Positions 44,150-54,371 of a DNA stretch of 64,000 nt are shown here, in pieces. The stretch is from a virus (lineage: Duplodnaviria; Caudoviricetes): IMG/VR virus record IMGVR_UViG_3300050510_000109, positions 1 to 64,000 of that record; one strand, given 5' to 3'. The stretch's first letter is position 1; every line of letters starts with the position of its first letter. The notes beneath the pieces are model-generated. The model ran no database searches, was not told the DNA's origin, and saw only the letters and a program-made list of their open reading frames with translations. Both the position numbers and the translations under genes were made by a program.

Positions 44150-44362
44150 ATGACCAACGACATGCTCTACTTCTACTGCGAGAAGTGCACAGCTCACCAC
44201 CCGATAATTTGTGCCAAGCAGGAAGCAAGAGATCTGGAAATTGCCGAGGCGCAAATTGAACGACTCAATGAAGAAGTGATTAGAGCCTGGCGCGAAGTCA
44301 GAACCCGTGATGAGCGCATCGCCCAACTTGAGGCTATCCTCAGGGATATAGGACGGGATTAG
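44150..44362 (+). CDS. Zinc-ribbon/coiled-coil protein
   Basis: CEKC...HH...C plus coiled coil; directly before terL. Confidence 0.5.
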   Translation: MTNDMLYFYCEKCTAHHPIICAKQEARDLEIAEAQIERLNEEVIRAWREVRTRDERIAQLEAILRDIGRD

Positions 44363-44364
44363 TT

Positions 44365-45789
44365 ATGGAGCGGCAACGGGTAGTCAGCAAGAGTAAGTTT
44401 TTCAATATGATTGGCTACCAACCGCATGCCCGGCAGGTGGAATTCCACAAGAGCAAGGCGCGGTTCAAGGTTGCTGCGTGTGGTCGTCGGGCGGGCAAGA
44501 CTTTTATGACTGCGAAGGACATCGAGCCGTTCCTCTTTGTTCCGGATAAGCGTATTTGGCTTGTCGGCCCGACTTATGTGCTTGGTGAAAAAGAGTTCCG
44601 AGTCATTTGGCAAGACATCATCATGAAGCTGGAGTTCGGTAAAGACCCGGAGGTAAAGAAGGCATATAACCTCAAGCAAGGTGACATGTTCATCGAGTTC
44701 CCGTGGGGAACAAGAGTTGAGGTGAGATCTGCCGAGCGTAAAGAGACTTTGGTTGGTGATGGACTTGACCTGGTGGTGATGTGCGAGGCGGCAAAACACC
44801 AGCGCGAGACGTGGGACCGCATGATTGAGCCTGCGCTGTCCGACAAGCGTGGTGGCGCGATATTTACCAGTACCCCAGAAGGGCAGAATTTCTTTTATGA
44901 TTTGTGGCAGCGTGGTCTGGACGACACTGAGCCGGATTATGAATCCTGGCAGTACCCGAGTTGGGACAACAGTGTAATTTTCCCCGGCGGATTTGAAGAC
45001 TCTGAGATCCAGCGCCTACGCCGCAACATGTCTCGGGATGCATTTGAGCAAGAAATTGCTGCGGACTTCACCAGCTTTACCGGTAAGATCTACAAGGAGT
45101 TCATGGAGCGCACTCATGTGCGTAACCACGAGTACCGGCCAGATTGGCCAAACTTCATGTCGATCGACTTCGGCTTCGTGAACCCGCTGGCTGCAATTGA
45201 ATTCCAAGTGAGCCCACAAGATACTGTCCACGTCTGGCGGGAGTACTACGAGCCACAGTTGACCCTGGACGAGCACATGCAAGCCTGGAGGGAGCGAGAG
45301 AATCCTACAGGTTATAACATTGATTTGATTTTCGGAGATGCCGCTGACCCCGAGGCGATCCAAGATATTTGCATTAAGTTCGGTCCATGTGTAGGCGACC
45401 CGCTGAGCAAGGAAAATTGGCGTGAGGGAATTGATCTGGTCAAAACGTTCCTCAAGAATAGGGGCGGTGGAGTACCAGGGTTCTATGTTGACCCAAGTTG
45501 TCGAAACACCATTCGGGAATTCAACAATTATAAGGCTGCTGAAGGCGGTAAGGACCGAGATCCACGCGAGCAGGCCAAAAAGTGTGAAGACCATGCTATG
45601 GATGCTATTCGATACGGTATTATGCACGTGTTTAAACTCGGCATGCGCGTACGCCTTGCTGATGTTATGGACGAATCCGAATTGAAAACAGGACTTTCGG
45701 ATAGTGGCTTTTTCACGCAAGACATCAGGGATAGATACCCTGCACTGTCCGGTGCCGGATTTGTCACCCTTGATGATGCTAGGTTCTAG
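44365..45789 (+). CDS. terL: Terminase large subunit
   Basis: ACGRRAGKT Walker A, VMCEAA Walker B, FTSTPEG, SIDFGF nuclease, EDHAMDAIRY. Confidence 0.92.
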   Translation: MERQRVVSKSKFFNMIGYQPHARQVEFHKSKARFKVAACGRRAGKTFMTAKDIEPFLFVPDKRIWLVGPTYVLGEKEFRVIWQDIIMKLEFGKDPEVKKAYNLKQGDMFIEFPWGTRVEVRSAERKETLVGDGLDLVVMCEAAKHQRETWDRMIEPALSDKRGGAIFTSTPEGQNFFYDLWQRGLDDTEPDYESWQYPSWDNSVIFPGGFEDSEIQRLRRNMSRDAFEQEIAADFTSFTGKIYKEFMERTHVRNHEYRPDWPNFMSIDFGFVNPLAAIEFQVSPQDTVHVWREYYEPQLTLDEHMQAWRERENPTGYNIDLIFGDAADPEAIQDICIKFGPCVGDPLSKENWREGIDLVKTFLKNRGGGVPGFYVDPSCRNTIREFNNYKAAEGGKDRDPREQAKKCEDHAMDAIRYGIMHVFKLGMRVRLADVMDESELKTGLSDSGFFTQDIRDRYPALSGAGFVTLDDARF

Positions 45790-45801
45790 TTGACAACATA
45801 A

Positions 45802-47346
45802 GTGCCCTTACCGGATAGTATTACCCAAATGCTGGATGGTGAGCGTGCGATGTCGGTTGAGAACATAGACAACCAAGCTGATGCGGTCGCAGCACTCGAA
45901 GAATTCAAAGCTGCACGTGAGGTTGAATTAGCCGAGGTGCTAAGCCGCTATGATGTCGTGCACGCTAACTATGATCCCTATGAGGGATCATTTATTGTAG
46001 TTAGCGATCGGACACAGAAAAACCTCACTGAGACCACTGGCTTTTCCGAGATGGCCAGCCTAGATCCATCGCCTTTTACTGCGTGGACACGTCTGGAAAA
46101 CTCTCCTGAGCTTAGGGATAAACGAGGAATTCGTACCTACTACGACATGGTTCGTAATGATGGTACAGTCAGATCTGCACTGAGAATTGTGAAGACTCCG
46201 GTTCAAGGTGCTGAATGGTACATGGAGCCGTTTAGTGATTCGGCCATTGACCAAAACATAGCTAAGTTTGTCCAAGACACGCTGTTTGACGACATGGAAT
46301 ACCCGTGGTCGTACTTTATTGAAGACAGCCTGCGCAGCTTGGACTATGGCTACTTTGCCTTTGAAAAAGTCTGGTACATAGATCCCAAGACTGGCAAGGT
46401 CAAAATCAACTTGCCGCCACTGCACCCGTTGGACATCCAAGGATGGATTTACGATGGGAAAAACCAGATTACTGGTTTGGCTATGGAGCCGTTGGCAGGA
46501 ACAGATTTTACCAAGCAGATTGTGATCCCGAGGGAAAAGGTTCTGCTCCAGGTCTTTGAGATGGAAGGCGGCGATCTGCGCGGCACATCTTTGCTGCGAA
46601 CCGCCTACAAGCATTGGTATTACAAAGACACCATGTACAAAATCGATGCCATCCAGAAGGAGCGGCACGGAATTGGTGTGCCGATCATCAAATTGCCCAT
46701 GGGCTTCACGCCTAAGGACAAGGATCTGGCCAATGATCTCGGGCGGAATCTGCGAACCAACGAGAAAGCCTACATTACTATCCCATGGAACTGGGAAGTC
46801 ATGTTCGCCAAGCTTGAAGGTCAACCAGTTGATCCCATTCCCTCCATACAGCATCACGACCACAAAATTTATGAGGCAATTCTGGCATCATTTATGGGTA
46901 GTGGTGAGGTGTCAACGGAAAGTCTGGACTCTTTCTACAAATCTACCCGATACATGGCCACGTGTATTGCCACAACAATCAATCGGGACATCATCCGACC
47001 GCTGGTCCAGATGAATTTCTTGAGATTCAATGGCTATCCAAAGCTTTGTGTGCGTCGCATGGGTGAATGGGAAGACACCAGAACCATGACGTTCGCACTA
47101 CGAAACTTGGTGGGCGCCAGAATCCTCACGCCGGATTTGCCGTTGGAGAACATCATTCGTGCCTCCATGAGCTTGCCTCCGCTGGATGAATCCACTGCCA
47201 GAGAGATGCCTTCGCCTAATGCGGGCGGTTTGGCTTCTCCCACAGGCAGTGTCAAGCCGTCTCCGGCAAAGGGTTCACGACAAACTGCCACTCCATATAC
47301 CAATGTACCGGCCAAAAACGCTGGAACGGATAAATCCGGTGGGTAA
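45802..47346 (+). CDS. Portal protein (DUF935 / Mu gp29-like)
   Basis: Follows terL; DGTVRSAL, RGTSLLRTAYKHWYYK, ERHGIGVP. Confidence 0.85.
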   Translation: MPLPDSITQMLDGERAMSVENIDNQADAVAALEEFKAAREVELAEVLSRYDVVHANYDPYEGSFIVVSDRTQKNLTETTGFSEMASLDPSPFTAWTRLENSPELRDKRGIRTYYDMVRNDGTVRSALRIVKTPVQGAEWYMEPFSDSAIDQNIAKFVQDTLFDDMEYPWSYFIEDSLRSLDYGYFAFEKVWYIDPKTGKVKINLPPLHPLDIQGWIYDGKNQITGLAMEPLAGTDFTKQIVIPREKVLLQVFEMEGGDLRGTSLLRTAYKHWYYKDTMYKIDAIQKERHGIGVPIIKLPMGFTPKDKDLANDLGRNLRTNEKAYITIPWNWEVMFAKLEGQPVDPIPSIQHHDHKIYEAILASFMGSGEVSTESLDSFYKSTRYMATCIATTINRDIIRPLVQMNFLRFNGYPKLCVRRMGEWEDTRTMTFALRNLVGARILTPDLPLENIIRASMSLPPLDESTAREMPSPNAGGLASPTGSVKPSPAKGSRQTATPYTNVPAKNAGTDKSGG

Positions 47347-47560
47347 GATGGCAGTCTTCTATGATTCCACCAGGAGAATAGATACCGGTCGGTGGGTAAT
47401 CAAAATGGAGGCAGAAGATTACGCCGGTGAAGTACATAGTCTGCAAGTAGCATTCAAGCGCAAACCAAATCGAGCCGAACGTGATGACGCGATTACCTTG
47501 CTAGAAGACAAACTTCATTTGGCAGTTCAAGTAGCTAACCAAAAACTTCAGGGGTTCTAA
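47347..47560 (+). CDS. Hypothetical protein
   Basis: ATG directly after the portal stop (MAVFYD). Confidence 0.45.
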
Positions 47561-47814
47561 TGCCGACACCAGGACAGAAGGCACTGGCTGCACGTAGGAG
47601 TGACAACGGTGTCAACCTCGCGGAGAAAGGCATGGGATTCGCCAAGGCAGCGGCGTCCGTGTCGAAAAAGCAAGGGGTAACATCAAAGCGAGCACGTGCT
47701 ATTATCGCTGCGGGCGCGCAGAAAGCTTCGGCGAAGGCCAAGAAGGCAAATCCCAACTTGAAAAAGGTTCCTACTAAAGGATCAAAAAAGCAGTCCGGCG
47801 GGACCTATAGATAA
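47560..47814 (+). CDS. Small very basic protein
   Basis: K/A-rich; KAKKANPNLKKV. Confidence 0.6.
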   Translation: MPTPGQKALAARRSDNGVNLAEKGMGFAKAAASVSKKQGVTSKRARAIIAAGAQKASAKAKKANPNLKKVPTKGSKKQSGGTYR

Positions 47815-49151
47815 TGTCTGTTTATAGCCCCTCCGGTTCTGGCGAAGTCCATATCGACAAATCTATCTCGGGAGGCACTGTGCCTTACGAAATACGAATG
47901 GACAACGGCAGGCACTGCGTTTACAAAAAGGGAACCAACACTGAAATCGGCTGCCACGATACTCATGGTCAAGCTTTGGAGCAGATGCAAGCGCTATATG
48001 CCAAGGAAGGAGGCAAAATGAGTGAGAGTCTTAGCTACCTCGTTAACCTTTCCGACGTTAAGTTGGAGAATAATTCGACCTGGATTCATGCTCTCCCATT
48101 TGGCCAATACAAGCACCCAATCTTCGGCGTAATCGATGCAAGTCTACAAAAGATTAATGGGCTTGCTGAGAGTGTTAAGAAGAAGATCCGTGGGATCGAT
48201 CCCAGCATCAATCTCAATCACGACAACAATAGCCCTGATGGTGCAGCGGCTTGGGTGAAAGACTCTCAAGTGCGCTCCGATGGACTTTGGCTCTTTGTCG
48301 AGTTTGTTAAGGATGCGGCCGAGAAGGTTAAAGAGAAGAAGTTCAAGTACTTCTCGATTGAATTTGCTGACGAGTGGGAAGACCCAGAAGGCAACAAGTT
48401 CAAGGACGTAGTTGTGGGCGGAGCACTTACGAACCGTCCCTTCATGAAGAACCTGGTTCCAATCAACTTGGCAGAATCTGTGATAGAGAATGCCTTTGAT
48501 TTGGTTTCGGGAGTTACTGGCAAAGACGTCACTTCCCTTAAGGATGGAAGCGTGGACGATAAGGATCTGCAAAAGATCATTGACGGGGTGGCGACTAAAC
48601 TCACTGAGCAGTTCACGCCCCGCAAGGACGAGAAAGACACCAAGTCTGAGGTGGCAAAGCTGGCTGAAATTGAGGAGTTCCGTCAACTGGCGGAATCTAA
48701 CCCAGTGGCCAAGTCTCTGCTTGCACACTTCGAGCTTCAAGCCAAGGCTATTGCCGATGGCAACAAGCGCATGCGTGAAACTCTGGTGGACTCGCAACTT
48801 GCTGAGTTTGACAATTCCAAGATGGCCCTGACTCCAGCAGCGAAAGATCTGGCTCGGGAAATCATGCTGGGAATGCCGGACGAGATCTCTGACAAGTTCC
48901 TCAAGTTCATGGAGAATGTCCGTACTTCGGCCAACTTTATGGTCGAGCTGGGTGAGCGTTCGGGCGCGGCTGTTCGGCGTGGGCATTCCGTGATTGAGAA
49001 GACTGCGGTGCAGGAGTTCAGTGAGCGGACTAATGAGCTAATGCTCAATGAGAAGATTGACTTCCTCACTGCGGCAGAGAAAGTTGCGGCTCAAGACCCG
49101 GACCTGTACGCACGTTACCGCACGGGCGATGGCGCCCCGGCGAGTAAGTAA
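47814..49151 (+). CDS. Capsid maturation protease / scaffold (Mu I-like) fusion
   Basis: GQYKHP, INLNHD, AAAWV, KFKYFSIEF, GGALTNRPFMKNL, C-terminal coiled-coil scaffold. Confidence 0.8.
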   Translation: MSVYSPSGSGEVHIDKSISGGTVPYEIRMDNGRHCVYKKGTNTEIGCHDTHGQALEQMQALYAKEGGKMSESLSYLVNLSDVKLENNSTWIHALPFGQYKHPIFGVIDASLQKINGLAESVKKKIRGIDPSINLNHDNNSPDGAAAWVKDSQVRSDGLWLFVEFVKDAAEKVKEKKFKYFSIEFADEWEDPEGNKFKDVVVGGALTNRPFMKNLVPINLAESVIENAFDLVSGVTGKDVTSLKDGSVDDKDLQKIIDGVATKLTEQFTPRKDEKDTKSEVAKLAEIEEFRQLAESNPVAKSLLAHFELQAKAIADGNKRMRETLVDSQLAEFDNSKMALTPAAKDLAREIMLGMPDEISDKFLKFMENVRTSANFMVELGERSGAAVRRGHSVIEKTAVQEFSERTNELMLNEKIDFLTAAEKVAAQDPDLYARYRTGDGAPASK

Positions 49152-49165
49152 GGGAGTAATTACAC

Positions 49166-49555
49166 ATGGCTAATTTTGTGCTAGATGTAGGCCGTATTCC
49201 AGATGGTTCTTCGGCGGCAGTGAAATACCGCTTTTGCTCCATCGGGACGGATTCGCAGCACATTGACCTGACGCCAACGCTTGCTCAGCTTTGCCTTGGT
49301 GTTGTCATGGACGACATGGACGCCTCCAAAGTTGTTGAGGGTGGCGTGGTGGATGTGCGGGTGCTGGGAATTGCTCCCGTCATGTTGGGTACCGGTGGCG
49401 CCGCTCCAGGTGACCGTTTGGTTTCTGCCGTTGATGGCAAGGCAATTTTGGGTACTGCTGCGGCCAACTTTGTTGCAGGTATTGCGTTGCAAACGGGTTC
49501 GGCTGGAACGGTTATTGATGTTCTGCTCACGCCTGGTACCAAGTGGGTCAGCTAG
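49166..49555 (+). CDS. Capsid decoration / head fiber protein (DUF2190-like)
   Basis: LGVV...VDVRVLGIAPV...AAPGDRLVSAVDGKA...GIALQ...GTVIDVLL; just before the capsid gene. Confidence 0.7.
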   Translation: MANFVLDVGRIPDGSSAAVKYRFCSIGTDSQHIDLTPTLAQLCLGVVMDDMDASKVVEGGVVDVRVLGIAPVMLGTGGAAPGDRLVSAVDGKAILGTAAANFVAGIALQTGSAGTVIDVLLTPGTKWVS

Positions 49556-49572
49556 TTAAAGAGGAGCTTTAA

Positions 49573-50532
49573 ATGGTCTACAGTCCAAGTGGCTCTGGAG
49601 AAGTGCATGTTGATCAAGTACTTACCCAGATCAGCATTGGCTGGCCAAATAACGGGATGGTCGGCGACCGCCTGTTTCCAGCGCTAAATGTGCAGAAACA
49701 ATCTGACAAGTACTACACCTTTGGTCGTGAAGGTTGGCTTCCAGAGGACGACGTGCGCGCTCCAGGTGCGATTGCCCGTGAGGTTACGGGTGCCACCGTT
49801 TCTACCGATACTTATTTCTGCATTGAGCACGCCTTGCAGATTTACGTTACCGATGAAGAGCGGCGTAACGCTGATTCTCCTCTGGCACCAGACCGAGACG
49901 GCACGGAAATCATCACTTCCAAGATCATGCTTGGGCGTGAACGCATTATCCAAACGATGGTGACCACGGCGGGTAACTACGCTTCTGGTAACACCACTAC
50001 GTTGTCGGGTACTTCGCAGTGGAATGACTACGCAAACTCTGACCCGATTTCGAATCTGCGTACGGGTAAGCGCGCCATTCACTCGAAGATCTTCCTTGAG
50101 CCAAACGTTTTGCTGGTGCCTTACACCACGATGTCGATCCTTGAGGATCACCCAGATTTCCTTGAGCGTATTAAGTACTCCGAGCGAGCGATTTTCTCGC
50201 AGGAGCTGCTTGCTGCGGTTCTGGGCTTCCAATCTGTGATCGTGCCGGGTGCGGGAGTTAACACTGCTCCTTTGGGTCAGACAGAATCTCTGGCTTATCT
50301 GTGGGGCAATGACGTTCTGATGGCCTATGTGCCTTCGCGTCCAGGTTTGAAGATTCCTGCTTTCGGGTACGAGTTCGTGTGGAATGGTCAGGTTGTTGAC
50401 CGGTGGCGCGAGAACCCGCGCAAGAGTGATGTTATTCGGGTTTCGCGTTCCTACGATCACAAGATGACTGCGCTGGATGCTGCTGACAAGCAGATAGCCG
50501 GTTACCTGATCCTGGATGCAACGAACATCTGA
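49573..50532 (+). CDS. Major capsid protein
   Basis: Size and position; DQVLTQISIG, QSDKYY, SGTSQWNDYANSDPI, KIPAFGYEF. Confidence 0.85.
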   Translation: MVYSPSGSGEVHVDQVLTQISIGWPNNGMVGDRLFPALNVQKQSDKYYTFGREGWLPEDDVRAPGAIAREVTGATVSTDTYFCIEHALQIYVTDEERRNADSPLAPDRDGTEIITSKIMLGRERIIQTMVTTAGNYASGNTTTLSGTSQWNDYANSDPISNLRTGKRAIHSKIFLEPNVLLVPYTTMSILEDHPDFLERIKYSERAIFSQELLAAVLGFQSVIVPGAGVNTAPLGQTESLAYLWGNDVLMAYVPSRPGLKIPAFGYEFVWNGQVVDRWRENPRKSDVIRVSRSYDHKMTALDAADKQIAGYLILDATNI

Positions 50533-50546
50533 TCTGAGGAGTCGTA

Positions 50547-50894
50547 ATGGCTAAGCAAGTAGTGGCAACAATGGACATCATGCACGATGGGGAGAAATTC
50601 CCAGCGGGCGAGCCAGTTGACCCGAAGAAGTTTTCTAAGGATCAACTGACCCGTCTTTACGAGCGCGGTGCCGTAAGAATTGAAGAGCCTAAGCAGAAGA
50701 ACGAGCCTGAGCCAACTCTCGAAGATGTAAATCGCGAGCAGGACAAGCAGGATAACGAGCAGGCCAACATAAGCTCTGCTCCTGCTGAGACCCTTGAGCC
50801 TGGTGCCAAGAAAGAGGCAGCGGCTAAGGGAACTGAGGCGCAAGTCAAGGAAACTCGTGGCACGACCGACGCCAAGGGAACTGACAAAAAGTAG
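50547..50894 (+). CDS. Hypothetical virion protein
   Basis: GAGGAG SD; HDGEKFPAGE N-terminus, low-complexity tail. Confidence 0.55.
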   Translation: MAKQVVATMDIMHDGEKFPAGEPVDPKKFSKDQLTRLYERGAVRIEEPKQKNEPEPTLEDVNREQDKQDNEQANISSAPAETLEPGAKKEAAAKGTEAQVKETRGTTDAKGTDKK

Positions 50895-50901
50895 GTAGTC
50901 A

Positions 50902-51354
50902 ATGGCGAGAGTGACGTTAGCTGAGATACAAGGGTGGCTTGATCCGATCAAGCTCACCCTTGCCAGCATTGACACAGAACTTCTTGCTAACTTGGAAGCA
51001 GAGACGCTGGCCAAGATATCTACTGTTTATGACGTAACCACTTGGGTGGATGTAGCAAGTACCCCGAAACTGATCCGAACGGTGATATCCAAGTACTACG
51101 CATCTTGGATTATGGATCGGTTTTACAGCGAGAACCAAGATGAAGGTAGCGACTACGCTAAGCGTCTTTGTGACAATGCAGACAGCGTAGTTGCTTCAAT
51201 TCTCAATAGAACAATTATCATTCCTGAAGTGCCTGAGCCTACAGCATCTGAAGCAGCCAGCTATTACCCCAATGATGCCAGTTCTGCACAAACGCCTACG
51301 ATAGATAATCCTTCTTTGGGTGGGCCTTACTTTAGTTTGGGGAGGTCCTTCTAA
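50902..51354 (+). CDS. Head-to-tail adaptor
   Basis: Position after the capsid gene; helical Mu gp36-like size. Confidence 0.55.
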   Translation: MARVTLAEIQGWLDPIKLTLASIDTELLANLEAETLAKISTVYDVTTWVDVASTPKLIRTVISKYYASWIMDRFYSENQDEGSDYAKRLCDNADSVVASILNRTIIIPEVPEPTASEAASYYPNDASSAQTPTIDNPSLGGPYFSLGRSF

Positions 51355-51896
51355 TGGCGATAAAGGCTGGTACTGGCCCGCGAATTTCAAGCTTTCCACT
51401 AGAGATTGATGTTAGAGCCTTTCAGCTAAATGCGAATCTTCTACGGGACAGTGTGTTTCGTATGGCTCGTCAGTTTGGCGATATGACTGCACCGTTGACT
51501 GATTCTGTGCGCAAAGTAGTTACTCCGTCGATAATTCGTAATATCGCTTCAGGTGGTAGGCCAAAGTGGCAACCACTATCTCAGTCTAGAATAGAAGCTC
51601 GCCTACGCGGGCCAAATCCTAGCCTGAGGATATTGGTAGACACTGAGGCTTTGGCACTTGCAGCGGCATCCCGAGTTATTTGGCGGATTTCACCAACACA
51701 AGCAGACATGGAAGCGCTGGACAACCTTGTTCCATACGCTAAGTTCCACCAAACTGGAACATTCAAAATGCCAGCTCGTCCGTTCGCGTTGTTGCAAAGT
51801 AATGAAGTAGATCAGATAGTTGAGATCTTTGATAAGTGGATTGAGTCGATGACCAACAAGCGCGACTTCTGGCCGTACTTTGATCGGGGCTTCTAA
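51354..51896 (+). CDS. Virion morphogenesis / tail completion protein (Mu gpG-like)
   Basis: GGRPKWQPLS, ILVDT, VPYAKFHQTGT, MPARPF. Confidence 0.75.
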   Translation: MAIKAGTGPRISSFPLEIDVRAFQLNANLLRDSVFRMARQFGDMTAPLTDSVRKVVTPSIIRNIASGGRPKWQPLSQSRIEARLRGPNPSLRILVDTEALALAAASRVIWRISPTQADMEALDNLVPYAKFHQTGTFKMPARPFALLQSNEVDQIVEIFDKWIESMTNKRDFWPYFDRGF

Positions 51897-52348
51897 TGCC
51901 ACATACCGATAAAAGTACCGTAGTGGCGCAATACATCTTTAACTTGATTACAACCAACAAAGTAGCTTTGGGATTGGACAATGTTCTTTATGGTGACCAG
52001 AATGAAATTACTCCAGGCAAGGTAGCGGTAGTAGCTACGGGACGCAAAGACAGAACCCTTGCCCGAGTGGCGTTTCCTGGTGCAGGAACGCTCAACCGAA
52101 TGATTATTTTGGTTACCATATACAACAACACAGTTGGTGGAGAGGCTACAAAGTCGCTCGAAACTGACCAACTAGCTGAAGCTGTGGAACATTTGCTACA
52201 TCAGAATACCACCATGGGCGGCAACATTATTCATGGGTTCGTCGAGACGTTCGATCCAGGGTACAACTTCCGAAGGGGATCAATGTTCCGTGCAACCCAG
52301 CTAGTGTTTGTTGGCCAGACAAAAACCAACCTTACCGACATACCGTAG
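51896..52348 (+). CDS. Tail terminator-like protein
   Basis: Position before the major tail gene. Confidence 0.5.
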   Translation: MPHTDKSTVVAQYIFNLITTNKVALGLDNVLYGDQNEITPGKVAVVATGRKDRTLARVAFPGAGTLNRMIILVTIYNNTVGGEATKSLETDQLAEAVEHLLHQNTTMGGNIIHGFVETFDPGYNFRRGSMFRATQLVFVGQTKTNLTDIP

Positions 52349-52355
52349 GTGGGAT

Positions 52356-52574
52356 ATGCAGTTCTTCGCAGTTATTACTTCGGACCTAACTGGAACCATC
52401 CCAGATTTCGGTAAGGTCCAACCAGATAAGCCGCTGATCATCGACGACTTCAAGATGGTGCGAATAGAAGCGAAGCGTCGTTTGGCTTTTGGAGATATCC
52501 AGTTGCCAGTAGGCGTGAAGTGCACTATGTACATTCTTGAAGATGGCGACGAGCTTGAAATAAAAGGGGCTTAA
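52356..52574 (+). CDS. Hypothetical protein
   Basis: GGTGGG SD before MQFF. Confidence 0.45.
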   Translation: MQFFAVITSDLTGTIPDFGKVQPDKPLIIDDFKMVRIEAKRRLAFGDIQLPVGVKCTMYILEDGDELEIKGA

Positions 52575-52577
52575 GAA

Positions 52578-53843
52578 ATGACCCAACCTGGAATTGGTGG
52601 CGGCGGATTTATGGGTCTTGCCATAGAAATGCTGACGCCACCAGTGATCGCGGGTACTGCTACTGCCGGTGGTGCGCTTACTGCTGGTGCGTACAAGTAC
52701 TACGTTACTGCAACTAATGCCGTGGGAGAATCTACCGTCAGCAATGAGGTAACTGTTACCACTTCTGCCGGTAACCTCACTGCACATATAACTTGGGTTG
52801 CTGTTCCTGGAGCAACTGGATACAAGATTTACCGTACCGCTGCTGCTGGCGCATCCAACTCGGAGCTGCTTCGGGCAACGGTAGGTAACGTGCTTCTGTA
52901 TGACGACATTGCTGTTGGTGTTCCGTCCGGTGCCTTTCCTACCGTCAATACCGCATTGGCATATGGAACATATACTGCACCAACGAAGTTCTTCCCGTTC
53001 AATACCGAATCGCTGAAGTTCGACCAGGCTACCGTGTGGCGTCGGCCTATTCGGCAAAGTGTTGACGTTCTTAGTGGTGTTCCAGGCAACGTTCATATCA
53101 ATGGCGACATTGAAATGGAGGCGATGGAGGATGTGCTCATTTACTTTCTCCTTGCCTCGCGTGTTTCGGCCACAAAGACAGGCACCACTGACAAGGTTTA
53201 TACCTTCGACCCAACGCCAAACGCTACCCCGGCGCTATCGCTCTCGTTGACGGTTGTACGAAACAATGAGGTTTTCGGTTACGTCGGCTGCGTGGTAAGT
53301 TCGTTTACTTTCACACCAAGTGATGGTTTGCTCATGTTCAACGTGAGCATTATCGGTAGTGACGAGACCGAGCAGTCGGCTCCATCGCCGGTTTACACCA
53401 CGACAGAGCCGTTTGGTGCTGGCGAATACCAAGTCAGCATTGCAGCCACGCAGGTATTTGATACCGATACGTTCGAGTTCACTGTCAACGACAATGCTGA
53501 GCCACAGTTCCGGTTGAAGAACACTGGACGTGGTGCACAGTATGTCAAATTTGGTGAGCGGGAATGTACCATCACGATGGAGCGCGATTTCTTCAACCGT
53601 GATGATTACGACGCCTTCAAGTTGCTAACTGCGCAGGCGATTTTCCTTCGCGCGCAACGCTCTGCTACCAACTATGTTCAGATCAATGCGCCGGTCTCAA
53701 TCAAGAACACCTACGAAGTGGGCTTGAGTGGGCAGGGTGATTTGGTTCGGGCATCGATTGAGTACATGAACGTTATTGACAGCAGCGGAAACTCGTACAC
53801 CATCGAGGTCGGTACTCAACAGAATATTCCACAGGTGACGTGA
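52578..53843 (+). CDS. Major tail tube protein with an inserted Fn3/Ig-like domain
   Basis: GIGGGGFMGLAIE...[YKYYVTATNAVGES...WVAVPGATGYKIYR]...GTYTAPTKFFP; tail tube core. Confidence 0.8.
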   Translation: MTQPGIGGGGFMGLAIEMLTPPVIAGTATAGGALTAGAYKYYVTATNAVGESTVSNEVTVTTSAGNLTAHITWVAVPGATGYKIYRTAAAGASNSELLRATVGNVLLYDDIAVGVPSGAFPTVNTALAYGTYTAPTKFFPFNTESLKFDQATVWRRPIRQSVDVLSGVPGNVHINGDIEMEAMEDVLIYFLLASRVSATKTGTTDKVYTFDPTPNATPALSLSLTVVRNNEVFGYVGCVVSSFTFTPSDGLLMFNVSIIGSDETEQSAPSPVYTTTEPFGAGEYQVSIAATQVFDTDTFEFTVNDNAEPQFRLKNTGRGAQYVKFGERECTITMERDFFNRDDYDAFKLLTAQAIFLRAQRSATNYVQINAPVSIKNTYEVGLSGQGDLVRASIEYMNVIDSSGNSYTIEVGTQQNIPQVT

Positions 53844-54364
53844 TGTCTAACAGAAACGCAAAGCTATTCGAGTCTGTCTCGTACCGTAATGCTGCGGGCG
53901 AGACAACTGACGTGGTGGTTACTGCCATTCAGGGTTCAGCTCCATCTAACGCAGGATTTACCGCAACTCCCTCTGCTTCAGGTGGAACCCTGGCCAGTGC
54001 TACGTATTCATACAGAATTTCGCTTGTGGTGAATACGGTGGAGACACCTGCAAGTACAGCAAAGACTGCGGTGGTTACCGGTCCTACCGGCTCGGTTGCC
54101 ATCGACGCCACCGTTATGCTTGCGGCAAATCCACTGGCAACTTCGTGGAAGCTTTTTGGTCGTACTGGAGGTACAGAAGCTCTGATTGCCACTACGGCTA
54201 GGGCAACTCCTACTTTTACCGATACCGGTGCGGTTACCCCGTCAGGTGCGGTAAAAGCTGCTACTGGAGCTATTGCGGCCAAAAACCGTGGGACCAGAGC
54301 AACGCTTACACAGATTCCCAAGGCAACAGCCGCAAAGCAGACAAACGTTTACTACCACGTGTAG
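53840..54364 (+). CDS. Virion accessory protein with a related Fn3/Ig-like domain
   Basis: GGTLASATYSYRIS...SWKLFGRT...TFTDTG resembles the tail tube insertion. Confidence 0.55.
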   Translation: MMSNRNAKLFESVSYRNAAGETTDVVVTAIQGSAPSNAGFTATPSASGGTLASATYSYRISLVVNTVETPASTAKTAVVTGPTGSVAIDATVMLAANPLATSWKLFGRTGGTEALIATTARATPTFTDTGAVTPSGAVKAATGAIAAKNRGTRATLTQIPKATAAKQTNVYYHV

Positions 54365-54371
54365 GTGAGTT

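Noticed and set aside
42609-44362. Terminase small subunit among the small ORFs before terL
   Set aside because: No candidate shows a recognisable TerS pattern, so it is left unassigned.
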